Shown here one piece after another: positions 59,084 to 64,000 of a stretch of DNA of 64,000 nucleotides. Position 1 is the first letter of the stretch. Each line of letters opens with the position of its first letter. The notes under the pieces are model-generated. The model saw only the letters and a list, made by a program, of their open reading frames with translations. It had not been told where the DNA came from and did not search any database. The stretch covers positions 64,001 through 128,000 of the forward strand of contig CAVVEU010000031.1 in NCBI GenBank assembly GCA_963747235.1, written 5' to 3'. A program made the position numbers and the translations under genes. The DNA comes from an uncultured Candidatus Rokubacteria bacterium (GTDB lineage: Bacteria; Methylomirabilota; Methylomirabilia; Rokubacteriales; CSP1-6).

Positions 59084-60352
59084 ATGAAGATGACCTGTGC
59101 AGGGGTGGCCGCAGCTTTGATCGGGGCGCTCGTGAGTGCCGGGCCGGCCTGGGCTCAGACGCCGGCTCCGGCGGCGGAGGCGAAGAAGGAAGAGGAGAAG
59201 CCGAAGACGTTCTGGGAGGAGCACAAGCTCTTCGCCTACATCGAGAACAGCTTCACCGCGAACCTGAGCGGGTCCGGGCGGGGCGGGGTCAACGAGCTGC
59301 GGTTCTACGATTTCCACGAGGGGTACACGTTCAACACCGCGGAGTTCAGCATCAAGAAGGACCCGTCGGAGAAATACCCGTTCGGCTACGGCCTCGTGCT
59401 CACCGCCGGCATCGACTCGCAGAAGAACCACTCGTACGGCATCTTCCGGGATGAGACCGACGTGTTCCCGTTCCGGAACACCGAGAAGTTCGACCTCCTC
59501 GAGGCCTACGTCTCGGGCCTGGTCCCGGTGGGAAGCGGACTCACCCTGAAGGCGGGCAAGTTCGTCACGCTGCTGGGCTACGAGGTCATCGAGTCCCCGA
59601 ACAACCTGAACTTCTCGCGCGGCTATCTCTTCGGGCTCGCCATCCCGCTGACCCACACCGGCGGGCTCGCGTCGTACACGTTCACGGACTGGTTCAACAT
59701 GACCGCGGGGGTGGTGCTGGGCTGGGACGACTCGAAGAACGTCAACGACGCGGTCAGCTACACGGGCCAGTTCGCCTTCACCCCGCTGAAGGACTTCACC
59801 GCGAACCTGAACTGGATCGTGGGGCCGGAGCAGATCGACCCGCGGCGGATCGACGAGAACGTGGCGCGCGATTCGCGGACCTACGTGAACAGCCACATGC
59901 GGTACGTTCTCGACTTCGTGTTCGCCTATACCGGGGTCAAGAACCTGACGCTGGCGCTCAACGTCGACTACGGCCACGAGCAGAGCGAGCCGTTCATCCG
60001 GAGCCTGGGGACCCGTCAGAACACCGACGCGACCTGGTGGGGGTGGGCGGGGTACGCGGCGTATGACTGGACCGACAATCTGCGGACCGCGGTCCGCCAG
60101 GAGTTCATGCGGGACGCGGCGGGGGCGCGGACCGGGTCGGGGCTCGGGACGGACCTCTGGTCCACGACCGCGACGGTGCAGTACAAGATCTGGAAGGGCC
60201 TGGTGGGCCGGCTCGAGTATCGCCACGACCAGTCCGACGAGAACGTGTACCGCGTCCGCTACTCGCGGCCGGACATCACCTCGCAGGGGCTGCTCGCGCG
60301 GGGCAAGAGCATGGACACCATCTCGGTCAGCCTCTACTACTCCTTCTTCTAG
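59084..60352 (+). CDS. Outer-membrane beta-barrel, putative porin (DUF1597/BBP2-like)
   Basis: Signal peptide, EAY, GKF.T..GYEVI...N.N.SR, P.THTG, EYRHD, terminal aromatic YSFF. Confidence 0.8.
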   Translation: MKMTCAGVAAALIGALVSAGPAWAQTPAPAAEAKKEEEKPKTFWEEHKLFAYIENSFTANLSGSGRGGVNELRFYDFHEGYTFNTAEFSIKKDPSEKYPFGYGLVLTAGIDSQKNHSYGIFRDETDVFPFRNTEKFDLLEAYVSGLVPVGSGLTLKAGKFVTLLGYEVIESPNNLNFSRGYLFGLAIPLTHTGGLASYTFTDWFNMTAGVVLGWDDSKNVNDAVSYTGQFAFTPLKDFTANLNWIVGPEQIDPRRIDENVARDSRTYVNSHMRYVLDFVFAYTGVKNLTLALNVDYGHEQSEPFIRSLGTRQNTDATWWGWAGYAAYDWTDNLRTAVRQEFMRDAAGARTGSGLGTDLWSTTATVQYKIWKGLVGRLEYRHDQSDENVYRVRYSRPDITSQGLLARGKSMDTISVSLYYSFF

Positions 60353-60359
60353 TCGCGAG

Positions 60360-62168
60360 CTAGCGGAACATGAGGTGCTCGACGAGGGGCCCGAGGGCCA
60401 GGACCGGCAGGTAGCTGAGGGCGCCCACGATCAGGATGGTCGCGATCGTGAGCCCGGCGAAGAGCAGCGTGTCGGTGGGCAACGTTCCCGCGGTGACCGG
60501 CTTGCTCGGCTGCCGGGCGAACCGGCCGGCGAGCGCCAGCGCGAGGATCGCCAGGCCGAAGCGGCCGGTCACCATCGCGAGCGCGGTCGAGATGTTGTAG
60601 AAGGGGGTATTGGCGCTCAGGCCGGCGAAGTTCTGGCCGTTGTTGGCCATCGATGTCGTGTAGGCCACCAGGATCTCGCTCGAGGCCGTGCGCGCCCTTG
60701 TTCGTGGTGAGGCCGGCCAGGCCCGCGTCCGTCACCAGCGCCACCGCGGTGAGCGGCAGGATGGTGAGCGGGGCGATGATCGTGTACAGCGCGATGAGCT
60801 TCATCTCGGTGACGGTGACCTGCTTGCCGAGATACTCGGGGGTCCGCCCGATCATGAGGCCGGCGACGAACAGGCCGACCAGCGCGATCAGCACCAGGCT
60901 GTAGAGCCCGGTGCCGAGCCCGCCGAACACGACCTCGCCGAACAGCATGTTCAGGATCGTCACGAGGCCGCCGACCGGCAGTGTAGCTGTCGTGCATCGA
61001 GTTGTAGGAGCCGGTCGCGCCGTTGGAGGTGGTGACCGCGGCCAGCACCGAGCCGCCGATCCCGAAGCGGACCTCTTTGCCCTCCATGTTGCCGCCGGCC
61101 TGCAGCGCGCTCGTCGCCGTGGTCCACCCCCTGGGCGGCCAGGGTATGGCCGCGCTGCTCGGCCAGGTCGCACACCAGGAGGCCCGCCGCGAACAGCACG
61201 AGCATCACCGCGAACAGCACCCAGCCCTGCGCGGGCCGCCGGGTCATGCGCCCGAAGGTGTAGGTGAGCGATGCGGGCAGGACCACGATCGACAGCAGCT
61301 CGAGAAGATTCGCGAGGGGTGTCGGATTCTCGAAGGGGTGCGCCGCGTTGACGTTGAAGAAGCCGCCGCCGTTCGTGCCGAGGTTCTTGATGGGCTCGAG
61401 CGCGGCGACCGGGCCCATCGCGATGACCTGCTCGGTGAGCCGGGCCTTCTTCGTCTTCGGCTGCCCCTTCTCGTCGAGGACGGGCTTGCCGTCGGGGTCG
61501 GTGAGCGGCTCGTCGTACTCGACCGGCTGCACGACCGCGGCGTGCGCGTACGGGGCGAAGTTGAGGGGCACCCCCTGCCAGACGAGCACCGGGGCGGTCA
61601 CCACCGCGAGGGGCAGCAGCACCCAGAGCGTCGCGCGGGTCACGTCCACCCAGAAGTTGCCGAGCAGGGGCGTACGCTCGCGGGCCAGGCCCCGGATGAA
61701 CGCGATGCCCGCGGCGAGGCCGGCGGCTCCGGCGAGGAAATTCTGCGACGTGAGGCCGACGACCTGGCTCAGGTAGCTCATCGTGGTCTCGCCGCCGTAC
61801 GCCTGCCAGGTCGTCGTGGTCGCGAAGCTGATCGCGGTGTTCATCGCGAGGTCGGGAACGAGCGGCCCCGGCCGGTACGCCGGGTCGAACGTGTGGAGCA
61901 ACGGCTGCACTCGGAGTATTGCGTACAGCAGCAGCGTGCCGCCGAGGCCAAATCCCACGAAACACCCGGCATAGTGCTTCCAGTCCATCTCGACGCCGGC
62001 GTCCACTCCCGCGAGCCGGTAGATGATCCGCTCGACCGGACGCAGCACCGGGTCGAGCCAGGTCCGCTCACCGCTGAAGACCCGGGCGAGATAGCCTCCG
62101 ACCGGCCTGACGAGCAGGGCGACGATCAGCAGGAATGCGCCGTACTGCGCGAGGCTCACCGCGCTCAT
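60360..62168 (-). CDS. kdpA: Second, divergent KdpA without its own kdpB/kdpC; frameshifts near 61140-61110, 60980 and 60680
   Basis: [56 protein letters not shown]. Confidence 0.88.
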
Positions 62169-62268
62169 CGGATGTGACGCGGTATCGCAAAGCGTCGTTG
62201 GTCAGGTCCGTCGGGTTCCGAATCGACGGTCACGTTTTCGATAGTAGCCCACCTCCATGCCTCGGCGC

Positions 62269-62415
62269 TCAGCGCCAGCGCGCGGCCCTGCGTCCCGGGA
62301 ACCGCCGAGTGCCCGGATGCCGGCTTCCTTTTCCGAAGTCGTGGTGGCAGGCCGGGCCGCAGAACCGCGCGCCGTCGCCGGCGAACTCCTTCTTGCACGT
62401 CTCGCAGCGAGACAT
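62269..62415 (-). CDS. 48-aa Cys-rich peptide (CxxC-x11-CxxxC)
   Basis: MSRCETCKKEFAGDGARFCGPACHHDF..; treble-clef/TRASH-like Cys spacing; starts 13 bp after the upstream small ORF. Confidence 0.5.
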   Translation of the reverse strand: MSRCETCKKEFAGDGARFCGPACHHDFGKGSRHPGTRRFPGRRAARWR

Positions 62416-62428
62416 CCGTTTCGCTCTT

Positions 62429-62602
62429 TCAGGCCGCGCGCTTTCCGTCGCGATCGCGCGGCGTTCCGTCGGTGGGCCGATCGGGCTGCGACCAGGACGT
62501 CGTTGGCGCCACGGAGGCCTTGCGCGGCATGCCGGCCTCATACGCTCGCCGCCGGTACTTCGCGCGATTTCTCTTCGTCATCCGCCCCATCTTGAGATTC
62601 AT
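62429..62602 (-). CDS. 57-aa basic small protein
   Basis: GGAGGA RBS then MNLKMGRMTKRNRAKYRRRAYEAG..GKRAA-stop; absent from the ORF track. Confidence 0.45.
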   Translation of the reverse strand: MNLKMGRMTKRNRAKYRRRAYEAGMPRKASVAPTTSWSQPDRPTDGTPRDRDGKRAA

Positions 62603-62660
62603 GTCGATCCTCCTTGCCGGCCGGGTTCGGTCGGCTACCTCATCAGATGGCGGAAGGGCC

Positions 62661-62707
62661 TCAACACTGCGTCAAACCGGTGGTGGCGGACATCAAGAGC
62701 GCCTAAA
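62661..62707 (-). promoter_or_regulatory. Phased TTGA boxes upstream of the kdpA2 unit
   Basis: TCAA 62661, 62672, 62693 and TAAA 62704: the same 11/21/11 spacing as upstream of kdpF. Confidence 0.55.
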
Positions 62708-62807
62708 GACTCTGCGTCCGGACGACATCAACGGCCTGGAGCCACCGCGCGATGCTAGACTGCGTCCGCGACTAAGGTCCTAGGCTGGGCGCGACGGAGG
62801 AGGAGCG

Positions 62808-63561
62808 ATGAGGCGAGCCGACGATATTCGGGTCTGGATGGTGACGGGGGCGCTGGGCTCCATGGCGCTGGCCATCGCGCTGATCCCGCTGCGCGGGATG
62901 GTGGCCGCGTCGAATCTCGCCTTCGTGTTCGTGGCCTTCACGATCATCGTGGCCGAGCTCGGGGGCCGCGGCCCCGCGCTCGTCACCGCGCTCGTGTCGG
63001 CCATGAGCCTGAACTTCTTCCTGACCGAGCCCTATCTGACGCTCGCGATCAGCAAGACCGACGACGTGATCGCCTTCTTCGCCCTCGCCGCCTGCGGGCT
63101 CATCGCGGCCGCGTTCGGCCAGCGCCGGGAGCGGCTGTCCGAGGCGGCGGGGCGGGCCGACAAGGAGCTCGACCATCCTGAACCGGCTGGTGGAACGCGC
63201 GCGGAGCGGGCGCCCCCTCGAGGGCCAGCTCCAGGACCTGCGGGCCGAGTTCGACCTGGGCGGTCTCGTGCTCCGCGACGAGGCCGGGCGCGTGCTCGCG
63301 GCGGTGCCCACGGATGCGGGCTCGCGCCCGGTGCCGCGGATGGCGGTCGATGGCACCACGCTCTTCGCCGCGGGCGACGAGAGCCCGCGGATGGGGACGA
63401 AGGGCCTGCGGCTGCCCGAGGGCGGCGGCCGGCTGACACTCCAGACCGCCCGCGGCCCCGTGTCGCTCGACCTGTGGGAGGGCAACGACCAGGGGTTCGG
63501 ACTCGACGAGAGCCGGACGCTCGCGATCGCCGCCTCGATTCTCGGTCTCGGGATGCGGTAG
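62808..63561 (+). CDS. DUF4118 (KdpD-like TM domain) protein with GAF-like tail and no kinase domain, frameshift near 63180
   Basis: 4 TM with A..GG..PAL..A..S...NFF.T.PY.TL.I, then a soluble region ending E.R.L..AA..LG. Confidence 0.75.
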
Positions 63562-63596
63562 GGGCTTGGGTTTCGTGGTAGCGTGGTTTCATTGCC

Positions 63597-64000
63597 ATGA
63601 AGCCTACGTCGCTACGCGTCTTTGTAACGGCGCTCGGCGTGCTGGTGGCCTGGCCGTCGCTCGCGCTCGCGGTCGGAGAGCCCGAGCGGCTGTGGACCGT
63701 CGGCGACCGGGCCTTCCAGGACGGCCTCTACGGGGTGTCGCGCCGCATGCTCGAGCGCCTGGTCGAGCGCTACCCGACTGACGGGCGCGTCCCCGACGCC
63801 ACCCTCCTGCTCGGCAAGGTGCGCCTCTCGCAGGGGCAGCACGACGCGGCGCTGCAGGCATTCCGGCAGGCGCAGACCTTCTCGCCCCCGCCCGGGCGGC
63901 CCGAGGAAGCCCGATTCTGGGAGGGCGAGACGCTGTTCCGCATGAAGCGGTTCCCGGAGGCGCGGGCCATCTACGATCGGATCCTCGCCGAGAGCCCGAA
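63597..64000 (+). CDS. Exported TPR protein (CpoB/BamD-like repeats), runs off the window
   Basis: MKPTSLRVFVTALGVLVAWPSLALA signal, then L..RYP....PDA.L.LG and A.FW.GE.LF...F.EA...Y TPR patterns. Confidence 0.8.
   Translation, partial: MKPTSLRVFVTALGVLVAWPSLALAVGEPERLWTVGDRAFQDGLYGVSRRMLERLVERYPTDGRVPDATLLLGKVRLSQGQHDAALQAFRQAQTFSPPPGRPEEARFWEGETLFRMKRFPEARAIYDRILAESP

Noticed and set aside
48453-63561. kdp region as a mobile genomic island
   Set aside because: Some tracts are slightly less GC-rich, but no integrase, transposase, tRNA target or flanking direct repeats were seen.

Overview
A roughly 70% GC bacterial chromosomal segment from a diderm (lolA, TonB/TBDR, porin). Gene content and order (cinA-thpR-recA-pilT-recX-alaS) are compatible with Rokubacteria/Methylomirabilota or a Deltaproteobacteria-like lineage, but this is inference only. 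Housekeeping blocks are polA-coaE-rsmA-rnj-ftsK-lolA-yajQ, rimO-pgpA-cinA-thpR-recA-pilT-recX-alaS, and rarA-MFS-ddl-murG. They are interleaved with five accessory modules: (i) a TonB/TBDR/BNR-propeller/2xCopC/cytochrome c copper-uptake-like operon led by an ORF ending in a RAPP motif; (ii) a Mo-oxidoreductase-HAD-NTP transferase-ATP-grasp-aminotransferase-Gfo/Idh-CDP-alcohol phosphotransferase cluster, possibly making an aminocyclitol lipid or solute; (iii) a divergent polyamine cluster; (iv) a GntR operon with a perfect operator; (v) an expanded kdp potassium locus with a second, filter-variant KdpA, small ORFs and phased direct-repeat boxes. Many genes, including essential ones, carry 1-bp-scale frameshifts, most likely long-read consensus errors. 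The most unusual non-checklist signals are a synonymously recoded 16-bp duplication inside polA and a pair of ~170-180 nt elements (34279-34762) with a shared core, covarying long stems and strand-specific G-U pairing. I recognised no rRNA, tRNA, CRISPR array, integrase or transposase.
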